Shown piece after piece: positions 40,620 to 51,170 of a stretch of DNA of 64,000 nucleotides. How positions within the stretch are numbered: the first letter of the stretch is position 1; the number at the start of each line of letters is the position of its first letter. Origin of the DNA: Vicugna vicugna (lineage: Eukaryota). Location: assembly GCA_013265495.1 (NCBI GenBank), contig MU058384.1:2295690-2359689 (forward strand). The letters are read 5' to 3'. A program made the translations under genes and the position numbers. A model generated the notes under the pieces. That model was given only the letters and a program-made list of their open reading frames with translations, was not told where the DNA came from and did no database searches.

Positions 40620-41906
40620 ATCTGTTTGCTTATTAAGTAAGGTTTTACTCTTCCTATCAGGTTAGAAGGGACTCCTGTTACCACAAATGCTGTTGTAATT
40701 TAGGTAAATCCTATTACCACAAATGCCTCCACGACTCAATCTGTGTGTTTAAAAAAAAATCTGGCAATTCCTTCTTTTTAATTCAGTGTAATATTGATAC
40801 AAAAATTATTGAGCAACAAATAAATTTGATACTTTTAAGTCATGATGGAATTTAGCCTTCACTGAAGTAAATAGAGATGATGGTTCCTTGCTACCCTACC
40901 AAACCAGAATAGCTTCTGGGCAGGGCGGATGGGAGGGAGGTAGAAACCCTCATCTCCCCCTTGGAGACTGCCTGCATTCAGTCGCATTATGGACAGAATA
41001 TTCTTATATGTACAGGCAATGGGGCTTCTTAAGATTACTTCAGTGTTGAACACTTTTTTTGAAGTTGCAGCCATGGAAGACAACTGTTTTATCATTAAAA
41101 TTCTGCTGGTGCCTTTCAGAGGCTGATATGGGATGATTGGAAGTGGTTGAGCCCCGTAATGACATGTTTAATGTTTTCTTCTTAAACCTGTCAGTGTTTG
41201 ATGAAAATGTTGAGTTTATTCAGCATCCATTTATCTCATAAGTATTTACCAAGCACCCAGTTATGCGGAGTTACTCAGTTTTTGCAGTAACAGTTCCTGC
41301 TAATCAGCTTTAAATGACTTCTAGTCTCGGTCAGTGGCTAATGGGGAAAAAGAATAGAGGAACGTGCTTTAATTACACAGAAGTAAGTAACTTGAATTTA
41401 AATAGTTCAAAATCATATTTCAGAATAATTAAAAATCATGTTTCCAGTTACATATTGAATAATTCTTCTTGGGGTACTCAGGGAAAATTATTGAAATGGG
41501 GAGTTAACCTAACTGGGTAGGATACAGTGTTACAAAGTGTGAAGATAAAGCTATAAGTCATCAACTTCATACAGCAACCCAAATTGGCCTTGCTGTTTGT
41601 GCTGCCAAACGTTCTTATGTTCTCCTAGGTACACATATTAAAGATGGAGATAGGAAATTAATAACATTGATCCTAATGAGTGACTGTCTAGTGGTATGTA
41701 TGTACTTGTGGGTGTGTGTATATATGTAAAAACTTAGAGTAAGTTTTTCCAGTTGAAATATGCTGACAAAAATATTTTAAATAACTTATAGAGCTCATAT
41801 AAGCGAATTTCTTGTATCTAGTATACTACTGATACATTCTGATAAATATTATGGAAGTTAAGATATTTTCCTTCTTTGATGAATGGAGAGCTCATTCAAT
41901 TTATAA

Positions 41907-41945
41907 ATATATATATATATATGGTGTGTGTGTGTGTGTGTGTGT
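41907..41945. repeat. Compound (AT)n-(GT)n microsatellite
   Basis: Read directly from the sequence. Confidence 0.95.
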
Positions 41946-43363
41946 AGATGTGAGGCCCCTTTTGTCCTAATAAGATCAACTGAATTAATGGTCAAACTAC
42001 TACCATATTGTAGTCTCAGATGCTATACAGTGGGCTATGTTGATATAACTTATTGTTATTACCATTATTAAACTTTTTGTACCTCTTGTATAGAGAATCC
42101 AGAGGAAGCAAATAGGGGAGTTGCTATTCCAGACCTAGTTTTCATGTACAAAGGAGAATAGATTCAGGAACTTTTCATATAATAAAATTGTTGGTATACA
42201 TCAACCCAACCTTTGGTATATTAATTATTCATTCCTAAAATATAGAGCAAAAGAAAGGTAATTTCCTTGATTATGTTAACTTCAAGAAATTGACAAACTG
42301 CATAGGGAGGTGTTTGGGAACTGACTATTCTAGGTGTAGAATTTTATGGTTCTATTCCTTTTGGGAACAGATTTGACACTAGGTTGGTATTTTTGCAACA
42401 AGAAATGTTGAGTAGAGAAGACTATTTCTCATCAACATCTCATTAATCCTAATATTGACCATAGAAAGAAAAGAAATATCAAGGGTTCCAAATTTCTTTA
42501 TGGGGAAAGTAGAAGATAAACTTCACATTGTTTTAGGTACTTTGTGCACATCGGAAATTTAGATTTTCAGAAGTATACTGATGGAGTAAGAATGTGCATA
42601 TGATATACAAAAATGTTTTGTTTAGACTTGATTATTAAGTGTGATAGTCACCATTAAAAATGTTTATTTGATTATATAAAAGTATTTGCTAATGCTGAAA
42701 ATTTAGAAAATTCAGCAACCTGCTACATGAGGTTGATGTATTTCATTAAGTTTTGCCGTTTTTCTAATATTAATGTAGATCTTGAGGGGTAGTTGAGATT
42801 TATATGCATTTGTGTGTTTATGTATAGATTATTATATTTTGATATTCTATTTTTAAATCTACTATTACCATGAACATTTCCTCCTGTTTTTCTAAATTGT
42901 GGTTGTTAATGGAAACATAATATTTTATCTTGTGTATGTACCATAATTCAACCATTTCTCTATTGTTGAACATTTAGATTTTGAGTGTTTAGTATTAACC
43001 TACGGTAGCTTGTCATAATCTTTAATGGGCACAGTTGCTTTATTCTTTGATGAGAGTAATTTTGTTGTGTCTGTCTATATGATAAGGTTTATACATGATA
43101 TATGTATATGACTTTTACCATTATTTGATTAAATTTTAATATAGATAATATATACACACAATTACTGTATTTTAACTTTTTTTGGAAATTGTGACACTAT
43201 TCAGGAAAAAATGCTTCTTTGAGTAAAGACTGGCTAGGAAACATTTTACATTGTTTCACTTAAATATTTTAACTTATTTTTGTGGCCTCAGATGTGATCA
43301 TTGTCATCTTTTTCACAAAATACAAAAAAGCTATAGAAATATCTAATTATAGAAGTTGCTGAA

Positions 43364-43654
43364 GAAACAGACTCACAGACATAGGAAACAAACTTACGGT
43401 TACCAAAGGGGAAAGGGAAGGGAGGAGGGATAAATTAGGAGTATGGGATTAACATATACACACTGCTATACTTAAACAACAAGGACCTACTCTATAGTAC
43501 CGAGAGCTATATTCAATTTCATATAATAACTTATAATGGAAAATAATCTGAAAAAATTAATATGTATCATTGAATCACTTTGCTGTACACCTGAATCTAA
43601 CACTAGTAATACTGTAAATCAACCGTATTTCAATTAAAAAAAGAAAAAAGAAAA
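43364..43654 (+). mobile_element. L1 3' UTR fragment
   Basis: gaaacagactcacagacatag...G-rich tract...aacaacaaggacctact...tttgctgtacacctgaa...A tail. Degenerate TSD agaagttgctgaa (43351-43363) / aaaaggtgctgaa (43655-43667). Confidence 0.88.
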
Positions 43655-44004
43655 AAAAGGTGCTGAAAGAAGTATATAAAGAGAGTATTGAGGATGTAAG
43701 TTTCATAGTAGGAATATAGGAATGGGAAATAGTGTCTGATTAACCTGGGAAATGGGGGAGTGGGTCCTTTGTGTTCTCATTCCCCTGTTTAGAAATTTTG
43801 TAACTTGATGGAGGCATAAATTTTTTTTTAATGATGGAGGCATAAATTTGAATCGTATATTGAAATTCTGTGTGCCAGTTAATGACTTGATAACATAAGG
43901 TCTTTAATGCAACATTCAATTCCTACATTGAAGACTTAGCTCTGTTTTAAATTTTCTGGCAAGAGTGAGCTGTTTGTTTATCCTTGTCTTTAGTTCCCCA
44001 TTAA

Positions 44005-44290
44005 AGTCATCCCTTAGGATGACTGTGTGGGGATTGGTTCCAGGACCCTCAAGGATACCAAAATCTGTGGATACTCAAGTCCCTTATATAAAATGGTGTA
44101 GTATTTGCATATAGCCTGCGAACATCCACACTTTAAATCATCTCTGAATTACTTATAATATATAATACAATGTAAATGCTATTTAAATAGTTGCCAGCAT
44201 GGCAAATTCAAGTTTTGCCTTTTGGAACTTTCTGGATTTTTTTTTTCCCTGAATATTGCTGATCTGCTCTTGGTTGAATCCGTGCACCAA
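44005..44290. mobile_element. MER2/Tigger2-derived DNA transposon MITE
   Basis: ggggattggttccaggaccc...ataccaaaatctgtggatactcaagtcccttatataaaatggtgtagtatttgcatata...ttggttgaatcc. Confidence 0.88.
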
Positions 44291-45949
44291 GTAGCTCCAC
44301 AGAGGCAGAGAGGGAATGTTTATGACACAGACTCAGGTTGCCAGGACTGGGGAGTAGATGGAGCCAGGAGTGGGATGCTTCACTGACTTCTGGTTTCTTC
44401 CGTGACACACGCAGGCACGCACACACACACGCACAGGGGCTCCGGGATGGAGAGATGTTTGGAGACTGTAAGCAGTACACTCAGTCCCTGGCTGCCCCTC
44501 GTCCCTCCGGGGTTGTCAGATGCAGTAGGGAAAGAGGAGTGTTTTCCTCAAGAGGTTCCTCCCCTGCCAGGATCACAGAAAAGAGGAATTGATGCTGAAA
44601 CCCCAGCAAAACAGCTTATTGCGAAAAGGACCCAGTTTAGCGGTTTAATGTACCTTCCATCCCAAGGGCACTTCACAGATATGTCTGGTATGTCTAGTGA
44701 TTTAGCAAAATTTATAGACTATAGAAGCGACCCGTCTATGGACATCAACTGTGGGAAAATGACGGTGGCTGTTTCGGGATTTTGCCTCAGGAGGAAAGAC
44801 ATTCCTGCGTTAGCATCCCACCTGAAAGAGTTGGTTCTAAAAACTGAGTAACAGTCTTTAGATTAAATTAAGTGGACCGATCAGGCAGGGCTGGTTGGTT
44901 GTTTCCAGATGTTTCTTTCCCAGATCAACGTTAATTTGTTGGCTAAGAAGGCACATGGAATGACTTGGACACCTCAGAGCCAGGGATCATTTGATCAGTC
45001 AAAACCAGACTGTCTGGAGACAGCTTACTGCCTGTTCTTGATTCTAACGATGGATTGTTGTAGCCACTAATGCCTCCGTGCAGGGTCGCAGAGCTGCCCT
45101 GATGCTGAAGGCGGGGGACAAGCGCCCCTCAACAGTAATTTTCCACAGGGAAAAGCTGAGGAAACAACATTCAACAGATACTTCTGAGCTTACACTGTGT
45201 TCATGGCACTGTCTTATTCTCCAAGTATCAAGAGATAAAGAAAAGAATTCCTACAGGGATACAGAAGTGTTAGGTAGTGAGTTCTAGACTTGACGTGTGA
45301 AAAAGACATCAGCTCTGGAAAAGCAATGTCTGGCCGTGACTGGGATGCATGGTTACCTGAAATTTTATTTAGAGAGTTAACAGTTCATTTTCTGGTCATT
45401 TATTCCCCGCTCCCCTAGCAGAACTTGAAGAAAACCTATAACTCAGAGTAGTTGAGACAGGTACAGATGTTTAAGAGCTGGTTTTCATGATGGATCTTTC
45501 CAAGAACTTGCCAGTTTCTGCAGACATCTCTCTTGCTGACATTTTGGATTTTTGGAAATAATAAAATTCATTTGTATGGGGAAGAAATGTTAAATGAGGT
45601 TTGATTTTATTTAATCCAGGCAGGAGATATGGGGGAGGAGGCCATTCTTGAGCAGAGGCAGCCTTAAACTGGGATCTGGGTGTCAGTCAGCATGGGGTTT
45701 CTGAGCAATATTAATTGCCCACTCAGGCTGAATGGGGCATCCGTTTTCTGCCTTGACATAACATAGTTTCCCTGGGAAATCTAATTTCATCTGTTCTATT
45801 TTTTTGTGCTTGTAGGAATTACTCTCAACTCTCCAACTCCAAACTCACACACCAGACTCCTGCATCTGACTTCAGTGACCCGAGTCATCTTACGTCATAC
45901 AGTGAACTCTTACCGCTGCCCCTCCTTCTCTTTTTCCTACTTTTGCCTC

Positions 45950-46112
45950 CTGGTGCTTTCTGAGAGTGGTCCATGATCAGTGGCATCAGTGTCAGCTGCG
46001 CTTGTTAGAAATGCAGAGGCCTCAGCCCTGCTCCAGACCTACCGCATTCAAACCTGCATTTTAACAAGCTCTCTACATAATTCCATGCACATTAACGTCT
46101 GAGACATCCTGT
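45950..46112. mobile_element. MER5-like MITE
   Basis: ggcatcagtgtc...cttgttagaaatgcaga...ccagacctac...ctgcattttaacaag. Confidence 0.8.
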
Positions 46113-46870
46113 CTCACTATCTCACATCCAGTCAGTCAATTACTAACGTCCAAAGATTGTCCCTCCTCAGTGATCAGGATACCGGGCTTGATTTGCCAGC
46201 TGTAGAAAAGCACGCCATGGAGGGCTCACGCCATGGAGGGCCGACGCCATGGAGGGCCGGCGCCCTTGAGTGTACCGCAGGCTGGAGCTCCCACTCTCCA
46301 TCGTCTGTCTGCCTCTGGCAGTCATTTACCCGCCTACCTCTGAAGATGTCTTTCCAAGCATCTTGCCCTGGCCAGCCTCACTTCACTGCACAGTCCAAGC
46401 ATTCATTTTCTCTGGTCTAGGCGACTGCAAGGGCCTCTTAGCTGGCCTTCAGCGCCCATTCTCACCTGCTCACCCTCAGATCCACCTGCCTGTAAATCCA
46501 CATTCCACATCTGCTGAAATTCCTTAGTGTCGTCTCATCACTCACTGCTCTTTTCTAGAAGTATCTCCCTGAACACACCCTCTTTTTTGTACCTGCTCTC
46601 CATTTCCCTGAACTCTCCTTTCCTGCTCATCCTTTGGACATGACGGTAGTGTTGCGCACTGCCTGCTCTTGACCCCTTCCTGGCCTGGGCCCCACTGCTA
46701 AGGGAGCACCGCCCCACGGCAGCCTCCTGCGTGGCTGTGCTCTCCCCCACGGGAGTGTGATGCCCTTTGGAGAAGGACTGTATTTGTATTTGTTTCTGGT
46801 ATCTTGTGGACTGAGTGCAGTGTCTGATAATTATAGTGAGTGATCAATAGATGTTTTTCAACTTGAATTC
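46110..46870 (+). mobile_element. Degenerate L2 3' region
   Basis: cacatccagtcagtca...ctgcaagggcctctta...cagtgtctga...gatcaatagatgtttt...gaa. Confidence 0.5.
46211..46270. repeat. 16-bp GC-rich tandem repeat, three full units plus one degenerate unit
   Basis: cacgccatggagggct / cacgccatggagggcc / gacgccatggagggcc / ggcgcccttgag. Confidence 0.95.
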
Positions 46871-48354
46871 ATTGTACTGACTAGGAAATTTCGTTCATTT
46901 TCTGGGAGTGATTAAGGTAGCTAAGTCTCCCTCCCCCACCCTCTGGAACGCGAATGCATAATTAGATCAATCATAGTTCTGGGTTCATGACAAACTCTTG
47001 TTGTTGGTCTGTGCTTGCTGCCCCTTTTATTTATTTGAGAGTAAATGAATATGCACTCCTGGAACGTCCTCCCCTGCAATGTGAGAACCAGTACGTTACT
47101 GTTCATCTTTGTTTACCTCTGCACTTCTCCTTTATATCATCCCCTGCTTCCCTGCTGCCTCCCCTGTACCCTGATTCTGGACAACTTATCCTTGAATTCC
47201 TTTGACAGTTTGCTCATTTACTCTGCACCGGGCATGGTGATGAGCAAGTTCCTTATTAACTCACTGAACCCTCCAAACGACCCAATGAAGTCAGCAATAC
47301 AATAAAATTCTTTTCTCGGTTTACATGATTTGAAGGCAATGGTTATTATCATCTTAAGTAGGAGTGGAGACACATGGCATTCTCACCTTGTTGCTGTTTT
47401 TCATTTTGTTTTGTTTTAATTTAAAATGGCTCAGAGTATTTTTCCAGTTGGCATGGGGATGATTCCTGGTTGTAAGTGTATGTTCATTAGCACTTTTAGA
47501 TAGACACTTGCTTCACCACATCACTGTTTTCCTTCAATAAGGTTTATGTTTGGAAAGGCTGAGGTTTACAGCCTTCTTGCCATCTACTAAGATAAATACT
47601 ATATGATAATGGAATCTCCCGTTAATATGAGAAATGATGTTTTTCCTTCTATGAAAATGCTATTGAGTTTTTAGTCCTATGGCTAGAATTGAATGTGGCT
47701 CATTCTTCTCTCTTCCAATATTTGGGATCTAAATATTTTCTCTTAAGATAAATTAACATTTCAGCTTGACTGTTTTTATCATTTATCATAGGTAGAGTGA
47801 TTATGTGAATATATTTAATGTAGGACAGGGTTTGATAGAGTGTCCTGGTCGAATACCAGGACGGACTGACTGAGATGAGGACTTTAAACATCATACTGTA
47901 TGGTTACCTTAATTATAAGAATGATTCTTTGAAAGATTGTCAGATTATTCCAGTTCCTTCACTTGAATCTTTCTCGGGGAATGGAATTTTGTTAAATTTC
48001 TTCTTTTTTTTTCAAAGCCAAAGAACTTTTTTTTTTTTACATTTTTTATTGATTCATAATCATTTTACAGTGTTGTGTCAAATTCCAGTGTTCAGCACAA
48101 TTTTTCAGTCATTCATGGACATATACACACTCATTGTCACATTTTTTTCTCTGTGATTTATCATAACATTTTGTGTATATTTCCCTGTGCTATACAGTGT
48201 AATCTTGTTTATCTATTCTACAATTTTGAAATCCCAGTCTATCCCTTCCCACCCTCTACCCCCCTGGTAACCACAAGTCTGTATTCTCTGTCCATGAGTC
48301 TATTTCTGTCCTGTATTTATGCTTTGTTTTTGTTTGTTTGTTTGTTTTTGTTTT

Positions 48355-49656
48355 TTAGATTCCACATATGAGCGATCTCATATGGTATTTTTCTTTCTCT
48401 TTCTGGCTTACTTCACTTAGAATGACATTCTCTAGGAGCATCCATGTTGCTGCAAATGGCATTATGTTGTCGGTTTTTATGGCTGAGTAGTATTCCATTG
48501 TATAAATATACCACATCTTCTTTATCCAGTCACCTGTTGATGGACATTTAGGCTGTTTCCATGTTTTGGCTATTGTAAATAGTGCTGCTATGAACATTGG
48601 GGTGCAGGTGTCATCCTGAAGTAGATTTCCTTCTGGGTACAAGCCCAGGAGTGGGATTCCTGGGTCATATGGTAAGTCTATTCCTAGTCTTTTGAGGAAT
48701 CTCCACACTGTTTTCCATAGTGGCTGCACCAAACTGCATTCCCACCAGCAGTGTAGGAGGGTTCCCCTTTCTCCACAGCCTCTCCAGCATTTGTCATTTT
48801 TGGATTTTTGAATGACGGCCATTCTGACTGGTGTGAGGTGATACCTCATTGTAGTTTTGATTTGCATTTCTCTGATAATTAGTGATATTGAACATTTTTT
48901 CATGTGCTTTTTGATCATTTGTATGTCTTCCTTGGAGAATTGCTTGTTTAGGTCTTCTGCCCATTTTTGGATTGGGTTGTTTATTTTTTTCTTATTGAGT
49001 CGTATGAGCTGCTTATATATTTTGGAGATCAAGCCTTTGTCGGTTTCACTTGCAAAAATTTTCTCCCATTCCGTAGGTTTTCTTCTTGTTTTATTTCTGG
49101 TTTCCTTTGCTCTGCAGAAGCTTGTAAGTTTCATTAGGTCCCATTTGTTTATTCTTGCTTTTATTTCTTCTAGGAGAAAATTTTTGAAATGTATGTCAGA
49201 TAATGTTTTGCCTATGTTTTCCTCTAGGAGGTTTATTGTATCTTGTCTTATGTTTAAGTCTTTAATCCATTTTGAGTTGATTTTTGTATATGGTGTAAGG
49301 GTGTGTTCTAGCTTCATTGTTTTACATGCTGCTGTCCAGTTTTCCCAACACCATTTGCTGAAGAGACTGTCTTTATTCCATTGTATATTCTTGCCTCCTT
49401 TGTCGAAGATGAGTTGACCAAAAGTTTGTGGGTTCATTTCTGGGCTCTCTATTCTGTTCCATTGGTCTATATGTCTGTTTTGGTACCAATACCATGCTGT
49501 CTTGATGACTGTAGCTCTATAGTATTGTCTGAAGTCTGGGAGAGTTATTCCTCCAGCCTCTTTCTTTCTCTTCAGTAATGCTTTAGCAATTCTAGGTCTT
49601 TGATGGTTCCATATAAATTTTATTATGATTTTTTCTAGTTCTGTGAAATATGTCCT
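48355..49656 (-). pseudogene. L1 ORF2p C-terminal fragment (post-RT region through the CCHC/C-terminal domain), uninterrupted
   Basis: ORF 48355..49806 contains the L1 ORF2 motifs [11 protein letters not shown]...[24 protein letters not shown] and [14 protein letters not shown], and ends [10 protein letters not shown]. Its first ~50 codons are antisense read-through of the inverted segment. Confidence 0.95.
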
Positions 49657-50128
49657 AGCAATCAGGCAAGAGAAAGAAATAAAAGGGATCCAAATTGGAA
49701 AAGAAGAGGTAAAAGTGTCATTATATGCTGACGACATGTTACTATATATAGAAAACCCTAAAAGGTCCACAAAAAAGCTACTAGAGCTGATCGAAGAATT
49801 CAGCAAGGTAGCAGGTTACAAAATTAATGTTCAAAAATCAGTTGCCTTTCTTTACACTAACGATAAATCAACAGAAAAAGAAAGTAAAGAAACAATCCCC
49901 TTTAAAATAGCACCCAAAGTAATAAAATATCTGGGAATAAATCTAACCAAGGAGGCGAAAGAATTATACACAGAAAACTATAAAACATTGATGAAGGAAA
50001 TTAAAGAAGACTTTAAAAAATGGAAAGATATTCCATGCTCTTGGATTGGAAGAATCAATATTGTTAAAATGGTCACACTGCCCAAGGCAATCTACAGATT
50101 TAATGCAATCCCTATCCAATTACCCAGG
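49657..50128 (+). pseudogene. L1 ORF2p reverse-transcriptase core fragment (inverted segment)
   Basis: Translates as [30 protein letters not shown]...[14 protein letters not shown]...KYLGINLT...[17 protein letters not shown]...NAIPIQLPR, covering the YADD motif and downstream RT subdomains with no stops. Confidence 0.95.
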
Positions 50129-50159
50129 AAATTTCTTCTTTTTTAATATAGACTTTCTA

Positions 50160-50750
50160 TTTATCCAATTTATTGCTGTATTTCCTACTCACATGTCTTT
50201 AGTTATAGTTTTGTCCATTCGTCTTAGTTTAAAAAAATCTATTAACTTTATAATTGACTGTTTATTTCCAAAAGAATCATCTATTTTTGAGTGTCAGTTT
50301 CATTGCATTTTCGTTCTCTATTTTGTTTGTTTCTTTATCGAATTTGCCTTTTCTGATTGAGTTTTGGCTTGTTAATTTGTTCCCTCAGCTCCTCATCAAG
50401 AGGCTTGGTTTATTACAATTTTCTTTGTTCTTTTAGTTTTGTTGCCAATATAATCATGTAGTCTTAGAGCAGTGAACTCCTCTGTACTGCTTAGCAGCTT
50501 TCTGTGCATTTTGTTATCTCATCCACCAAAAAATATTTTATTATATTATGAATTTTCCCAGGTTCAGTCTTTAAGACACTTTGGTTTTCAGTTTTCATAT
50601 ATTTAATATTATTCAAGTCTGGTTTTTTAAAAGCGAATTTTGTCATGAGAACTGCTAATGTAGGCCAGATTTTTGACTTAGTGCATGATCCGTTTTTGTA
50701 AGTGATTTGGTTAGAATTGGAAATCAAGTGTGTTCTCTTGTTTTTTTTTC
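50160..50750 (-). mobile_element. Probable ancient L1 fragment flanking the young L1 insertion
   Basis: T-rich degenerate sequence with gtgaactcctctgtactgcttagcag...ttttgttat. Family uncertain. Confidence 0.4.
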
Positions 50751-50999
50751 ATTCACCCCTCTGTGGCAGTCAGGTTATTCTAGGTGAACTTCATTGTCTG
50801 CTCGAGCTGTCCTGTTCTGGCAGGGGCCTTTCAGGTTTGTAGTTACTCCCGTAGGTCTCTCTGGCCACGTCATCCCAGCTTTCCTCCTTTTGTTTACATT
50901 GCTGCTAGTTTTTCATGTATTTACTTATTTGCTGGCTAGACCAGAATATTTTGAAATAGATTTGCTTTAATGCTCTTTGAGGCTCTTTGTCTGATTTGG

Positions 51000-51170
51000 T
51001 AATAGCTAGCATGTTTGGGACACCCACTACATACCATGGTCTTTGCTTTTATGTACTTTGTCTCATTTAATCTTCACAGGATCCCTGCAAGTTAGGTGGC
51101 ATTATTCTTATCTGATGGAGGAAGAAGCTGAGACATTCAGACTCTGGCCGCAGTTCCCCAAGTCACATGT
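51000..51170 (-). mobile_element. MIR SINE
   Basis: tctcatttaatcttcacag...gaggaagaagctgagacattcaga...cccaagtcaca. Confidence 0.75.

Larger units (their letters stand above)
48010..50128 (-). mobile_element. Young 5'-truncated, 5'-inverted LINE-1 insertion. The 3' part is on - (48027-49656) and the inverted part is on + (49657-50128).
   Basis: Perfect 16-bp TSD aaatttcttctttttt at 47994-48009 and 50129-50144; the reconstructed empty site reads TTTT/AA. T12 tail at 48027-48038 with minus-strand AATAAA at 48045-48050. The ORF2 peptide is continuous across the two segments (...NAIPIQLPR | RTYFTELEK...). Confidence 0.97.

Noticed and set aside
46211..46270. CRISPR-like array
   Set aside because: Eukaryotic context, head-to-tail units with no spacers, and no cas genes.
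48857..49417. 186-aa hydrophobic + strand ORF
   Set aside because: Antisense frame of L1 ORF2, a common source of spurious predicted proteins.
48355..49806. 483-aa ORF as a host or domesticated gene
   Set aside because: It is L1 ORF2p within a TSD-flanked insertion, and its N-terminus is antisense L1 from the inversion.
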